64,000 nt of DNA, taken from a virus. Positions 20,280-30,611 of the stretch are shown in pieces. The translations under genes were made by a program, and so were the position numbers. Location: positions 32,001 to 96,000 of IMG/VR virus record IMGVR_UViG_3300037294_000405; one strand, given 5' to 3'. Positions within the stretch are counted from its first letter, which is position 1, and every line of letters begins with the position of its first letter. The notes under the pieces were generated by a model that was given only the letters and a program-made list of their open reading frames with translations, did no database searches and was not told where the DNA came from.

Positions 20280-20677
20280 TGAGTTATTTTTTCAACACAT
20301 CGGACATTAACCAAACATTTATTCTAGAACCTTTAGAAACAACTGGAGATACCACTACTTTATCTGCTTGTACAGCTATTTACACTAATAGATTGGTTGG
20401 TTGTGATGATAATGGAACAACAATAATTTTAAGCAATAATATAGAAGTAAGTAAAAGCATAATACCACTTATTGATGGGATGAATGATTTAGGGATACCA
20501 AGTCTTAGGTTTAGAAATATAAACACAATTAGTGGAGTATCTTCTGTTTGGACATCAACACAAAAAATAAACACACCAGAAATAGATTTAGGTTTAGACT
20601 CTATAGGTGAAAATAGAATAATCACAGCAGATAATTCAATTATACAAGAAGATAACTTAAATGGTGGCGAATACTAA
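20279..20677 (+). CDS. short tail-fibre-associated protein
   Basis: DLGIPSLRFRNI fibre-type motif; ends in LNGGEY. Confidence 0.6.
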   Translation: MSYFFNTSDINQTFILEPLETTGDTTTLSACTAIYTNRLVGCDDNGTTIILSNNIEVSKSIIPLIDGMNDLGIPSLRFRNINTISGVSSVWTSTQKINTPEIDLGLDSIGENRIITADNSIIQEDNLNGGEY

Positions 20678-20730
20678 AAAACCACATATTTATAATAAAA
20701 CAATAAAACAATAAAAAAAAATAATTAATT

Positions 20731-22461
20731 ATGGCAAATAGAATAACAACACACATATTAAAGAATAGTAATATTGTTAATCGACCATTACCAACATCTT
20801 TATTGGCTGGTGAACCAATAGTAAATACAGCAGATGGTATTGTTTACTTTTCTGGTGTGACAAGCTCTACAAATAACTGGGTTCCAGCTGGTGTTGGTTC
20901 AGCAGCAAACTTTTTTGAAGCTGGTTCTAATCTTTACGATTTACAATTAAGAAATAGAATTACTAAATATGAAGGCGTTTCTGGTGCTGGTTTAGTTGGT
21001 AAATTCTTATCTGGTACAACTAATGGGTTTGTCTTGGCAGACATTTCTAGTATTGGCGGTATTGACACATATGTAACTGGGTTTACATACTCAAATAACG
21101 TTGCTACAATTAAAAGAAATCAAGGTCAAGCTGATTTATCAATATTGATAAACACAATGACTGGTTTAACTGTCAACGGTACGTTAGCAGCTACAACTGG
21201 AAATATAACTACAATTAATACTGGTACTTTAAACGCAACAGGTGGTACTATCACAACGTTGGGTTCGACAACTGCTAATTTAGGGACTGCTAATATTACA
21301 ACAGCAAATGTTAATGCGTTAAACGCTACAGGTATAACTGTAACAAATAACGTAACAGCTACAACTTTCATAGGTAACCTTACTGGTTTGGCTTCATTGG
21401 CTACATCAGCAACCACTGCTTTGAATGCTACTAATGCAACATCTGCATTAAACACTACTAATGTTGGAATAACAAATAATACTACAACTAACGCAACATA
21501 TTATCCTACGTTTGTATCAGCAACATCTGGTAATTTACCATTACAAGTTGATTCAGCTGCGTTAACATTTAACCCTAGTACAAATACATTAACTGTTGCT
21601 AATTTAACTGGATTAGCAAGTTTAGCGACTAGTGCTACTACCGCTTTAAACGCTACTAATGCAGTAAATGCTCAAATTGCTAATAACGCACCTGTTAGTG
21701 GTACTTATAATGCTGGGACAATAACATTAACTAACCTAACTGGTGGTACGTTTAACATTACTGGTTTAAGTGGTACAGATACTTTTGTAACTGGATTTAC
21801 ATATTCACCAACAACAAATACTATTACTTTAGCTCAAAATCAAGGACAACCAAATAAAACTGTTTCTATAAACACGGTTTCTGGTTTAACTGTTTCTGAT
21901 TTAACAGCTAACAGACTTGTTTATACAACAACTGCTGGTAAATTAATTACAGGTACAGCAACATTTGATGGAACTAACATGGCGTTGCCAACAGCTGGTT
22001 CATTATCAGTTGGTACTGGTGGATTAATTGTTGGTAGTGGTGGTTCGGCTGGTATACCTGGTACTGGTGATGTAGTTATTAATGGTTCATTAACAGTATT
22101 TGGTGCTGGCGTTTCTGCATTTACTTCTCAATTATACGTAGAAGATAACAACATTACCCTTAATTTTAATCCAACAGGAAACACTACTGCAACGTCAATT
22201 GGTGCTGGTTGGACAATACAAGACGGTAACGGTGTTAGTGCTGGTAATGTTAATTTAGATATTAGAGCGATGAATACCTTTACAGGTTTAACATCAACTC
22301 AAATCCCTTCAATTGCGGAATATGGTGGTTCAACTGGTTATGCGAATAGAGCTTGGGTTACACAATTAAATGACGTTGTAATCAGAAGCACTAACGTAAC
22401 TACACCAAATGGTGTTAGAGTGTTGGCTGAGTTCGACATTTTAGATGGGGGTATTTACTAA
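20731..22461 (+). CDS. tail fibre protein
   Basis: N-terminal P..L..GE..VNTADG domain, T/A/N/G-rich repeats, DTYVTGFTY repeats, C-terminal LDGGIY. Confidence 0.78.
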   Translation: MANRITTHILKNSNIVNRPLPTSLLAGEPIVNTADGIVYFSGVTSSTNNWVPAGVGSAANFFEAGSNLYDLQLRNRITKYEGVSGAGLVGKFLSGTTNGFVLADISSIGGIDTYVTGFTYSNNVATIKRNQGQADLSILINTMTGLTVNGTLAATTGNITTINTGTLNATGGTITTLGSTTANLGTANITTANVNALNATGITVTNNVTATTFIGNLTGLASLATSATTALNATNATSALNTTNVGITNNTTTNATYYPTFVSATSGNLPLQVDSAALTFNPSTNTLTVANLTGLASLATSATTALNATNAVNAQIANNAPVSGTYNAGTITLTNLTGGTFNITGLSGTDTFVTGFTYSPTTNTITLAQNQGQPNKTVSINTVSGLTVSDLTANRLVYTTTAGKLITGTATFDGTNMALPTAGSLSVGTGGLIVGSGGSAGIPGTGDVVINGSLTVFGAGVSAFTSQLYVEDNNITLNFNPTGNTTATSIGAGWTIQDGNGVSAGNVNLDIRAMNTFTGLTSTQIPSIAEYGGSTGYANRAWVTQLNDVVIRSTNVTTPNGVRVLAEFDILDGGIY

Positions 22462-22560
22462 GACATTGATTATTAATTAGTTATAATTAATATTTTATTT
22501 AGACCGAGGAAACTATTGACTTTTAAAATACTTTTATTATATTAAAAATAAAAAATCGTC

Positions 22561-23337
22561 ATGAAAGGTATTTACAAAATTACAAATTTATCAAATAATA
22601 AAGTTTATATTGGTCAAACAGATAGACTTAATGAAAGAGAAAGAGAACATTTTTATCGTCTTGGTCGAAATGAACACCATAATGACCATTTACAAAAATC
22701 ATATAATAAACATGGTAAAAGTAATTTTAAATTTGAAATTATTGAGCAATCCGAAGATTTAGATAGTAGAGAAGTTTATTGGATTAATAAATATGGCGGT
22801 ATTAATTCTAAACTAAATTATAATTTAAAAGACCCATTAACAATGAAATGGTCAGACTATACTAGGGTTAAACAAAGTAAATCTATGATTGGTGATAAGA
22901 ATCCTAATTATGGTAATACATGGTCTCAAGAACAGAAAGATGTAGCATCTAAAAAAAGAAAAGGTGTTACTTTAGAAAATAGAATTGGTAAGGGTAAAGC
23001 TGATTTAACTAAACAAAAAATGAGCGAATCACAAATTGGAAGAAAACACCCAGAAGAAGTTAAAGAAAAAATACGACAAGCTAATGTTGGTGATAAGAAT
23101 CCAGCATATGGTAAAGGTGATAGACAAATTGGTGATAAAAACCCAATGTGGGGTAAAGCTAATAAAAATAGGAAGCCAGTTCAACAATATACTAAAGATG
23201 GTATTTTTGTTAAAGAATATGAATATCTGACACAAGTATTAGATGGCGGTTTTAACGTTGGTAATGTTGGTAATGTTTGTAATGGAAAAGCTAAATCAGC
23301 TGGTGGTTTTATTTGGAAATTTAAAAATAAAATATAA
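22561..23337 (+). mobile_element. free-standing GIY-YIG homing endonuclease with NUMOD3/NUMOD1-like DNA-binding repeats
   Basis: MKGIYKITN...VYIGQT...R; GDKNPxYG repeats; C-terminal KPVQQY...SAGGFIWKF. Confidence 0.92.
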
Positions 23338-23462
23338 CAAAAAGGGGCTTCGGTACATTTTTTTATTAACTAAACTTTATTTACAACATATTTATAATAT
23401 AATGGTTATATAACCAAAAAATTATAACACTTCTACATAGAAGTTTCATTAATACCATAGAT

Positions 23463-26039
23463 ATGGCAACTAGAAAAAATACATTTTTACTTAAACGTTC
23501 TAATGTCGCTGGAAATATACCAACAGCTGGACAAATACAATTAGGTGAATTAGCGTTAAACACTTCTGATGTTAAATTATACGCATCTGGAACGACAACC
23601 AATTCTATTCTACAAATAGGTTGGGATAGGGTATCACGAACAGGTGATACTATGACGGGAACTCTTTACGCACCAACTTTTACGGGTAACCTTAATGGTT
23701 TAGCTTCATTAGCTACATCAGCAACAACCGCTTTGAACTCAACACAACTGAACGGGCAATTAGCTTCGTTCTATTACCCAGCTAGTAACCCTAACGGATA
23801 TACAACGAATACAGGTACAGTAACTGCTGTTAATAACGGTAATGGTATGAACTTTAGTAATTTTACTACATCTGGTACGATTACTTTGGGTACACCATCA
23901 TCATTGACCCTAAGTAGTACGAATAGTGTTACAACAAATAGTCATACACATGCTTTTGCTCCTGGTGGGACAACTGGTCAATACATAACTGGTGCTGGAA
24001 CATTGGTAACGTTCCCAACAATACCTACTGTTAATGACGGTACGTTGAGTATGGCGACAAGTGGTATAGCTACGGGGTCTGCTTCGTTTACGGCTAACCA
24101 AGCTGGGGGTAGCACTTTTACTGTAAACGTACCAGCAACTAATTTAAGTATTGGTTCTAATACCTCAACAGTTGTTAGAGTTGATTCATCAACTGGTACT
24201 AATACTACATTACCTGTGGCCACAGTATCATTGGCTGGTGTGCTTACATCGACTGATTGGTCGACATTTAATGGTAAACAAACTCAAATTAATGGGACTG
24301 GTTTTGTTAAAGCAGTTGGTACAACGATAAGTTATGATAATAGCACTTATTATTTAGCTAGTAATCCTAACGGATATACAACAAATGTTGGTACGGTAAC
24401 TGCTGTTAATAGTGGTAATGGTATTAATTTCACCAACTTTAGCACATCTGGTACAATTACTTTGGGTACACCTTCTAGTACCACACTTGCTTCAACCAAC
24501 GCAACGACAACAAATAGTCATACGCATGCGTTTGCTCCTGGTGGAACAACAGCACAATATATAACTGGTGCTGGAACTTTGGTTACATTTCCAACAATAC
24601 CAACGGTGAATGATGGTGCTCTTACCCTAGCAACTAGTGGTATAGCTACTGGTAGTGCTTCGTTTACAGCAAACCAAGCTGGTGCAAGTACCTTTACGGT
24701 GAATGTACCAGCAACTAATTTAAGTATTGGTGTTAGTAGTGGAACACAAGTTAGGGTCGACTCCTCAACTGGTGCTGATGTTGACTTACCTGTTGCTAGT
24801 GCAACTTTAGCTGGAATTGTAACAACAGGTGCTCAAACATTTGCTGGGACAAAAACATTTAGTAGTACAATAAACGGTAGTGTTACTGGTAGTGCTGGTA
24901 GTGCAACAAATACTAATTTTGTTTATTTAAACGATACGAATACCAACGCTAATTTTTATATTTCTTTTGGCGATGTAACTAACAATTATTCTCGTTTGTT
25001 TACTGATGCTGCAAGTCTTTATTATAACCCTAGTATTGATACGCTTTACTCTAGTTATTTTGTGGGATTGGCATCAAACGCAACTGATTCGGTAAATTCC
25101 GCATTTGTTGGTATTAATAATACACCATCTACAAACGCAACATATTATTTAACATTTACCTCAAGTATTTCTGGGAATCAACAATTAAGAGTTGATTCAA
25201 GTACTTTAACATTTAACCCAAGTACTGATACGCTTACGGTTGCTAATTTAGCTGGTAACGCATCTACAGCAACTAATTCTGCAAATATCGCAGTTACTAA
25301 CACCACAACCACTAGTGGTACTTATTATTTAACATTTACATCTGGTGTTTCTGGTAACCAAGTTTTAAGAACTGATTCAAGTACTTTAACATATAACCCA
25401 AATACTAATGCGTTAGCTACTGGTATTTTAAGTGCAAGCGATTATGTTGAATGTGTTGGTTATGGTCAATTTAGGAGTGGTGTTTCTGGGGATAGAGTTT
25501 TTATTGGTGACCCATTTGGTAATGGCCCTGTTGGTGTTTGGGATGCATCATCCCAAAAAGATATAGCAGTTTTTAGGGTTAGTAATGGGATATTCTACTA
25601 CGCTAATCAAAAAATACAAAGTAGTATTAGCACAGGTTATGTTTCTATTGGTGGTAGCCCTACTGGTAATGGTAGATTTGAAGTAATTGGTGATAACGGT
25701 GCTGGTGTATCTATCTACGCTAGTGATGATATAGTAGCTTTCTCTGATGTATCAGTTAAAGAAAATATTAGACCAATTGTTGATGTTATTGGTAGAGTTC
25801 TAAACTCTAGAGGTATTATTTATGATAGAATTGATAGTAAAACTAAAAATAATATTGGTTTTATTGCACAAGAATTAGAGGAACAATTTCCAGAGTTAGT
25901 TGTGACCAATGAAGACGGTACAAAAGCAGTTAAATATCAAAACGCTGTGGCTGTTCTATTTGAAGCAGTTAAAGAGCAACAGAAACAACTTGATGGGATG
26001 CAAGAACAAATAAATAACATATTAAGTAAATTAAAATAA
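23463..26039 (+). CDS. long tail fibre protein with C-terminal peptidase S74 chaperone
   Basis: N-terminal LKRS...P...GELALNT.D, T/S/G-rich repeats, FSDVSVKENI...GFIAQELE...coiled coil. Confidence 0.85.
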   Translation: MATRKNTFLLKRSNVAGNIPTAGQIQLGELALNTSDVKLYASGTTTNSILQIGWDRVSRTGDTMTGTLYAPTFTGNLNGLASLATSATTALNSTQLNGQLASFYYPASNPNGYTTNTGTVTAVNNGNGMNFSNFTTSGTITLGTPSSLTLSSTNSVTTNSHTHAFAPGGTTGQYITGAGTLVTFPTIPTVNDGTLSMATSGIATGSASFTANQAGGSTFTVNVPATNLSIGSNTSTVVRVDSSTGTNTTLPVATVSLAGVLTSTDWSTFNGKQTQINGTGFVKAVGTTISYDNSTYYLASNPNGYTTNVGTVTAVNSGNGINFTNFSTSGTITLGTPSSTTLASTNATTTNSHTHAFAPGGTTAQYITGAGTLVTFPTIPTVNDGALTLATSGIATGSASFTANQAGASTFTVNVPATNLSIGVSSGTQVRVDSSTGADVDLPVASATLAGIVTTGAQTFAGTKTFSSTINGSVTGSAGSATNTNFVYLNDTNTNANFYISFGDVTNNYSRLFTDAASLYYNPSIDTLYSSYFVGLASNATDSVNSAFVGINNTPSTNATYYLTFTSSISGNQQLRVDSSTLTFNPSTDTLTVANLAGNASTATNSANIAVTNTTTTSGTYYLTFTSGVSGNQVLRTDSSTLTYNPNTNALATGILSASDYVECVGYGQFRSGVSGDRVFIGDPFGNGPVGVWDASSQKDIAVFRVSNGIFYYANQKIQSSISTGYVSIGGSPTGNGRFEVIGDNGAGVSIYASDDIVAFSDVSVKENIRPIVDVIGRVLNSRGIIYDRIDSKTKNNIGFIAQELEEQFPELVVTNEDGTKAVKYQNAVAVLFEAVKEQQKQLDGMQEQINNILSKLK
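23775..24810 (+). repeat. internal tandem duplication of a fibre module, 576-nt (192-aa) period
   Basis: ASNPNGYTTN...NSHTHAFAPGGTT...VPATNLSIG...VRVDSSTG starts at 23781 and again at 24357. Confidence 0.9.
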
Positions 26040-26042
26040 CAC

Positions 26043-26687
26043 ATGGCTTTACCGTTAAATGGTCAAATAAGTATCGGGATGATTAGAACTGAATTAGGTA
26101 TACCTAATCAAAGCCCATTTTCGTTAAATACATCTGTTCTACAAAACTATGTAACTTTAAACCAATTCAGCCCATATCTACCATCTGAAGCTAGATTATC
26201 TTCTTGGCGTGGATATGACCACACATCTGGAGGGGGTGGGTTACCTAGTGGTAGTTATGAACTATACTTAGCTTGGGGTGAAACTAAAGCTTCAAGTTGT
26301 ATAGGGTTAGTATATACATATTATACAGATGGGGTTACTTTAGATGAATCCACAGTTTTATATACTGTATATGGTCAAACGGACCCTTCATATTTAGCAC
26401 AAGCTGGGTGGTATTCAGACGGGTTATTTTCAATATATTGGGATGGTTCTGGTTTTGTTGGGGTTCTTTCACTTTGTCGTAGACCATCATTTGTATTATA
26501 TGATAATTGCTTTTTCGGACAAAAATTAGGTAGTTTTTATTTAGAAAACGATGATTTTTCAACATCTAATTATATATACACAGATGATGAGTTAAGAAAA
26601 GTATATAATTATCAAGGTATTGTTTCAGATAACACTTACTATAGAAACTACGATTCGAAAGGTTTAGGTGAATTAAATAATTGTTAA
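26043..26687 (+). CDS. tail-fibre-associated protein (distal tip / adhesin candidate)
   Basis: MALP..GQISIG.IRTELG N-terminus of the type that follows S74-containing fibres; aromatic-rich C-terminus. Confidence 0.6.
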   Translation: MALPLNGQISIGMIRTELGIPNQSPFSLNTSVLQNYVTLNQFSPYLPSEARLSSWRGYDHTSGGGGLPSGSYELYLAWGETKASSCIGLVYTYYTDGVTLDESTVLYTVYGQTDPSYLAQAGWYSDGLFSIYWDGSGFVGVLSLCRRPSFVLYDNCFFGQKLGSFYLENDDFSTSNYIYTDDELRKVYNYQGIVSDNTYYRNYDSKGLGELNNC

Positions 26688-26693
26688 TAATTT

Positions 26694-27326
26694 ATGAAAA
26701 ACACATCGGTTTACGGAAAAACGTTCTTTTATCAAAAAGGACCAATAGTTACAACACTACCATGGTCTAGACCAGACCATTTAAAAATGAGAGCTTTTTT
26801 TGAAGACATTAGAGATAACACGTCTATAATGGAAAGATATGATTTATATATCTTAGGAGGCGTTCTTTGGGATTATAAAAACACTTGGGATTTGGATATA
26901 AACATTACAGGACCGATTGAAAACTACATTAAGCTAGAAGAAGATTTTTCTAAGTTATATGACTTAGCTTTAAATAAACACAAAATACTTATAGATGTAT
27001 CTTGGGTGAGTGAAAGACCTTTAGATAGAAATTATGAAGAATTAGAAAATTCTAACTTTATGGGAGAAGACATAGATTCAATAAGATTTTCTTACACAAA
27101 AAAACAGATAGGTGATGTATTAAACGAAATAGATTTATCTATATTAGCAAAAGAAGAAGATAGAATAACTAACAATTTGGTAAAAAACAATTGGTCAAAC
27201 TGGAAAATAAAAAAAGGGCTTGTTGATAAGTTAAAGAATATAAGTCCTAAGAAAGCAATTATAACCTACCCAGTAGAAACTTTTTTAAATAATAACGATG
27301 AACACTATTATTTAAACATAAATTAA
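26694..27326 (+). CDS. putative nucleotidyltransferase (pol-beta superfamily)
   Basis: LYILGGV...TWDLDINI (hGG-x-DhD) plus a later LIDV acidic residue. Confidence 0.55.
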   Translation: MKNTSVYGKTFFYQKGPIVTTLPWSRPDHLKMRAFFEDIRDNTSIMERYDLYILGGVLWDYKNTWDLDINITGPIENYIKLEEDFSKLYDLALNKHKILIDVSWVSERPLDRNYEELENSNFMGEDIDSIRFSYTKKQIGDVLNEIDLSILAKEEDRITNNLVKNNWSNWKIKKGLVDKLKNISPKKAIITYPVETFLNNNDEHYYLNIN

Positions 27327-27357
27327 AAACCATGTGGTAGATAAACGAATAATTATT

Positions 27358-27507
27358 TTATTCATCATATAAATCTTTTTTAGGTGTACATTTTTCCCTA
27401 ATTAATTTTTCAACGAAAGCAAACATTTTTAACCCGTTATCATCACAATACTTTTTTAAAAGTTCGTGAGTGGTTGGTGTTATTTTTAAGTTTTTATCCC
27501 TTTTCAT
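27358..27507 (-). CDS. small ribbon-helix-helix-like DNA-binding protein
   Basis: From ATG at 27507: MKRDKNLKITPTTHELLKKYCDDNGLKMFAFVEKLIREKC, a beta-alpha-alpha pattern. The ORF track start at 27564 is probably too long. Confidence 0.65.
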   Translation of the reverse strand: MKRDKNLKITPTTHELLKKYCDDNGLKMFAFVEKLIREKCTPKKDLYDE

Positions 27508-27530
27508 AATGTTTTTTGATATAAGTATTT

Positions 27531-27601
27531 CAAAAGTATGACAAAAGTATGAAAAAAAACACACTAAAACGAATTTATCTTTTTAATCATCCCTACTTTT
27601 G
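27531..27601. promoter_or_regulatory. CAAAAGTATGA tandem repeat plus inverted TACTTTTG copy
   Basis: 11-nt direct repeat at 27531-27552 and inverted core at 27594-27601; each core also matches TAnnTTTG. Confidence 0.5.
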
Positions 27602-27671
27602 AGAAAAACTTAATATTTATAATAAAGAAAACTATAAAGTAAATAATAACAAAAAATAAAATCTTAAAAAA

Positions 27672-30530
27672 ATGGCAACAAAAGTATTCGTAAGTCCTGG
27701 TGTTTATACTTCAGAAAAAGACTTAAGTTTTATTACACGTCAAGTAGGTGTTACAACATTGGGGTTAGTTGGAGAAACAACAATAGGACCAGCTTTTCAA
27801 CCAATCTTTGTTAGCAACTATGGTGAATTTCAATCTTTCTTTGGTGGTACAAACCCAGCAAAAATAAAAGACAACGGAGCACCAAAATATGAACTTCCAT
27901 ACATTGCAAAATCATATTTAACACAATCTAACCAATTATTCGTAACTAGAGTATTAGGTTTTTCTGGTTTCTATGCTGGTTTATCGTGGGGTATTACACT
28001 TCAAGGTGCATTAGACCCAGCTACAGTTGTAGCAAGTGCTACCAATACTTATACTGGTGGTACCTCTGATTCATTAATTTCATTTACCGCAACATCTGCT
28101 GGTACTATTGTTACTCTTGTTTCCGCTGAACCAATTATTCAAGACCTTATCGATAACGGAATATTAGATAGTACATTATCTGTATTACCTTTTTCAAATA
28201 TAGGATACGCTTCTCAAATTGGCGCTAACTATATTAAAAACGGTGCTAATTTTAGTGGGGCCGAATTTAGTGTTTATTTAGACGCTAAAGGTCAAGACCC
28301 ATCTGGTGCTTTTATTACAGGTACAACTAGTGGTGTTACTACATTATATAATGGTACTGCTTATGTTGATGTTGAAAATAAATTAGTAGCGTTATTACGC
28401 TCTAGAGGTGGAATTAACTCAGATACACAGTACCCAGCATTCGAAGTTACTGGCGTAACAAACGCTGTTGTGTTTGACCCAAATGTTGTTGGTGCAATAA
28501 CTAATCCATTAGGTGATTTTGCTTTAACTGGTGTTTCTAATACCCAAGGTTTATTTAACAACTTAATGTCTTTGGATAAAACTAAAAAGAACTATTTACC
28601 TAGAGTATTAGGTAGAACAGTTCCAGATGGTAATACACCATTGTTCCTTGAAGAATTTTATGACAAAATGTTTGAAACTCTTAATGACAACGATAAAATA
28701 TACGGTATTAACTATGATGTTGTTGAATATAATGATGAATTTTCTGATTATCAACAACAATTCCAACCAGCTGTAACACCTTATGTTGTATCTGAGTTAC
28801 GTGGTAATAAATTATTAAGATTATTCAGATTCTGGACTATATCTGATGGTAACGCTGCTAATGAACAATTTAAAATATCTATTAGAAATATTAAATTGGA
28901 CACTAAAGAATTTGATGTTGTAGTTAGAGCTTTCTTCGATACTGATGCTCAACCAACAGTATTGGAAGCTTTTGGCCGTTGTACAATGGACCCAACTTCT
29001 AACAACTATATTGGTAGAAGAATAGGTACACTTGATGGTTTTTATCCTTCTAAATCTTCTTATGTGTTGTGTGAATTAGATGAATCATCTAACACTAGCG
29101 ATGCGTTCCCAGCTGGTTTCGTGGGTTACCCAATACGTGATTACCAATTAAATTCTAACACTACGGTTGTTGACCCTAAGTTAACTTACAAAACTGAATA
29201 TGGTGCATTTGAAAACAAACGTAAATATTATTTAGGTATTTCTGAAACTATGGGTATTGACGCTGATTTCTTTGATTACAAAGGTAAACCACAAACAATA
29301 TCTCCAGATATGTGGACAGGTATGACAAATGGTTTCCACATGGATATAGATGCATCTGCTTCTACAATCGATAACGTAACTATGGTTATTAATAGCACGG
29401 GTGGTACTTATAGTCCAATCTTCTTGTTCGACACAGGTGACTGGCAATTTAGAACTGATAGTGGGTTGGTTAATGGACCATACGAAAAAATTTACGCTCG
29501 TAAATTTACATTTGCACCATATGGTGGATATGATGGATGGGATATTTATAGAACTAGAAGAAGTAATTTAGATAGTTTTATTATCAACGGTACTAACGGT
29601 GCTAAAGGTAAAGATTCACAAGCATTTAAAATTAAAACACTTACAAATGGTGACATTGGTATTAACTCTGATTACTATGCTTATTTAGAAGCTATCTGGA
29701 CATTCAAAAACCCAGAAGCTGTTAATGTTAGTGTATTTGCTACGCCTGGTATTGATAATTTTGACAACACTAATTTAATTGAAGCAACTATTGATATGAT
29801 TGAAACCGATAGAGCTGACTCATTATACATTATGACAACTCCAGACACTGACGGTGGTGATGTGATGGGTGTAGAAGACGTAACTGATTTCTTAGATGGA
29901 ATGTACGATAGTAACTACTCATGTACTTACTGGCCTTGGATTCAAGTAAACGATACAGAAAACAACGTTTATATTTTCATGCCACCAACAAGAGATGTAG
30001 TAAGAAACATTGCTTTAACTGACAACATTTCATTCCCATGGTTCGCAGTTGCTGGTATTCAAAGAGGTGATGTTGATGCTGTACAAGCTCGTAAAAAATT
30101 GACTCTTGCTGAAAGAGATGAGCTTTATGATAACAGAATTAACCCAATTGCTACTTTCACATCTGACGGTATTAAAATTTGGGGTAATAAAACGTTACAA
30201 GTTAAAGAGTCTGCTCTTAACAGAATTAACGTTAGAAGATTGTTATTACAAGCTAGAAAACTTATTTCTGCCGTATCTATCAGATTGTTGTTTGAACAAA
30301 ACGATAGTGTTGTTAGAAACCAATTCTTAGCACTTGTAAACCCAATCTTGGATAACATTAGAAGTGAGAGAGGTTTAACCGACTTCCGTGTGGTTCTTTC
30401 AAACGACCCAGAGGACATCGATAGAAACCAATTGACTGGTCAAATCTTCTTGAAACCGACTAGAGCTTTAGAGTTCATTCAATTAGAATTCGTAATTATG
30501 AATACAGGTGCGTCTTTCGACAATATCTAA
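27672..30530 (+). CDS. contractile tail sheath protein
   Basis: VSPGVYTSEKD N-terminus; PWFAVAG..RG, NRINPI, IWGNKTLQ, LNRINVRRLL, IFLKPTRALEFI. Confidence 0.96.
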   Translation: MATKVFVSPGVYTSEKDLSFITRQVGVTTLGLVGETTIGPAFQPIFVSNYGEFQSFFGGTNPAKIKDNGAPKYELPYIAKSYLTQSNQLFVTRVLGFSGFYAGLSWGITLQGALDPATVVASATNTYTGGTSDSLISFTATSAGTIVTLVSAEPIIQDLIDNGILDSTLSVLPFSNIGYASQIGANYIKNGANFSGAEFSVYLDAKGQDPSGAFITGTTSGVTTLYNGTAYVDVENKLVALLRSRGGINSDTQYPAFEVTGVTNAVVFDPNVVGAITNPLGDFALTGVSNTQGLFNNLMSLDKTKKNYLPRVLGRTVPDGNTPLFLEEFYDKMFETLNDNDKIYGINYDVVEYNDEFSDYQQQFQPAVTPYVVSELRGNKLLRLFRFWTISDGNAANEQFKISIRNIKLDTKEFDVVVRAFFDTDAQPTVLEAFGRCTMDPTSNNYIGRRIGTLDGFYPSKSSYVLCELDESSNTSDAFPAGFVGYPIRDYQLNSNTTVVDPKLTYKTEYGAFENKRKYYLGISETMGIDADFFDYKGKPQTISPDMWTGMTNGFHMDIDASASTIDNVTMVINSTGGTYSPIFLFDTGDWQFRTDSGLVNGPYEKIYARKFTFAPYGGYDGWDIYRTRRSNLDSFIINGTNGAKGKDSQAFKIKTLTNGDIGINSDYYAYLEAIWTFKNPEAVNVSVFATPGIDNFDNTNLIEATIDMIETDRADSLYIMTTPDTDGGDVMGVEDVTDFLDGMYDSNYSCTYWPWIQVNDTENNVYIFMPPTRDVVRNIALTDNISFPWFAVAGIQRGDVDAVQARKKLTLAERDELYDNRINPIATFTSDGIKIWGNKTLQVKESALNRINVRRLLLQARKLISAVSIRLLFEQNDSVVRNQFLALVNPILDNIRSERGLTDFRVVLSNDPEDIDRNQLTGQIFLKPTRALEFIQLEFVIMNTGASFDNI

Positions 30531-30553
30531 TCATAAAAACATATTTAAACATC

Positions 30554-30579
30554 AAAGCTTCCATAACGGAAGCTTTTTT
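30554..30579 (+). terminator. intrinsic terminator
   Basis: AAAGCTTCC-ATAAC-GGAAGCTTT followed by T residues. Confidence 0.8.
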
Positions 30580-30611
30580 GTTTTATAAGATATTTATAAT
30601 AAAATAATATT

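Noticed and set aside
22466-22485. TTGATTATTAATTAGTTATA resembling the palindrome at 37921-37940 as a shared operator
   Set aside because: There are only two degenerate AT-rich copies, which cannot be distinguished from chance.
20731-26687. Diversity-generating retroelement acting on tail fibres
   Set aside because: There is no reverse transcriptase in the window, and repeat differences are not restricted to adenines.
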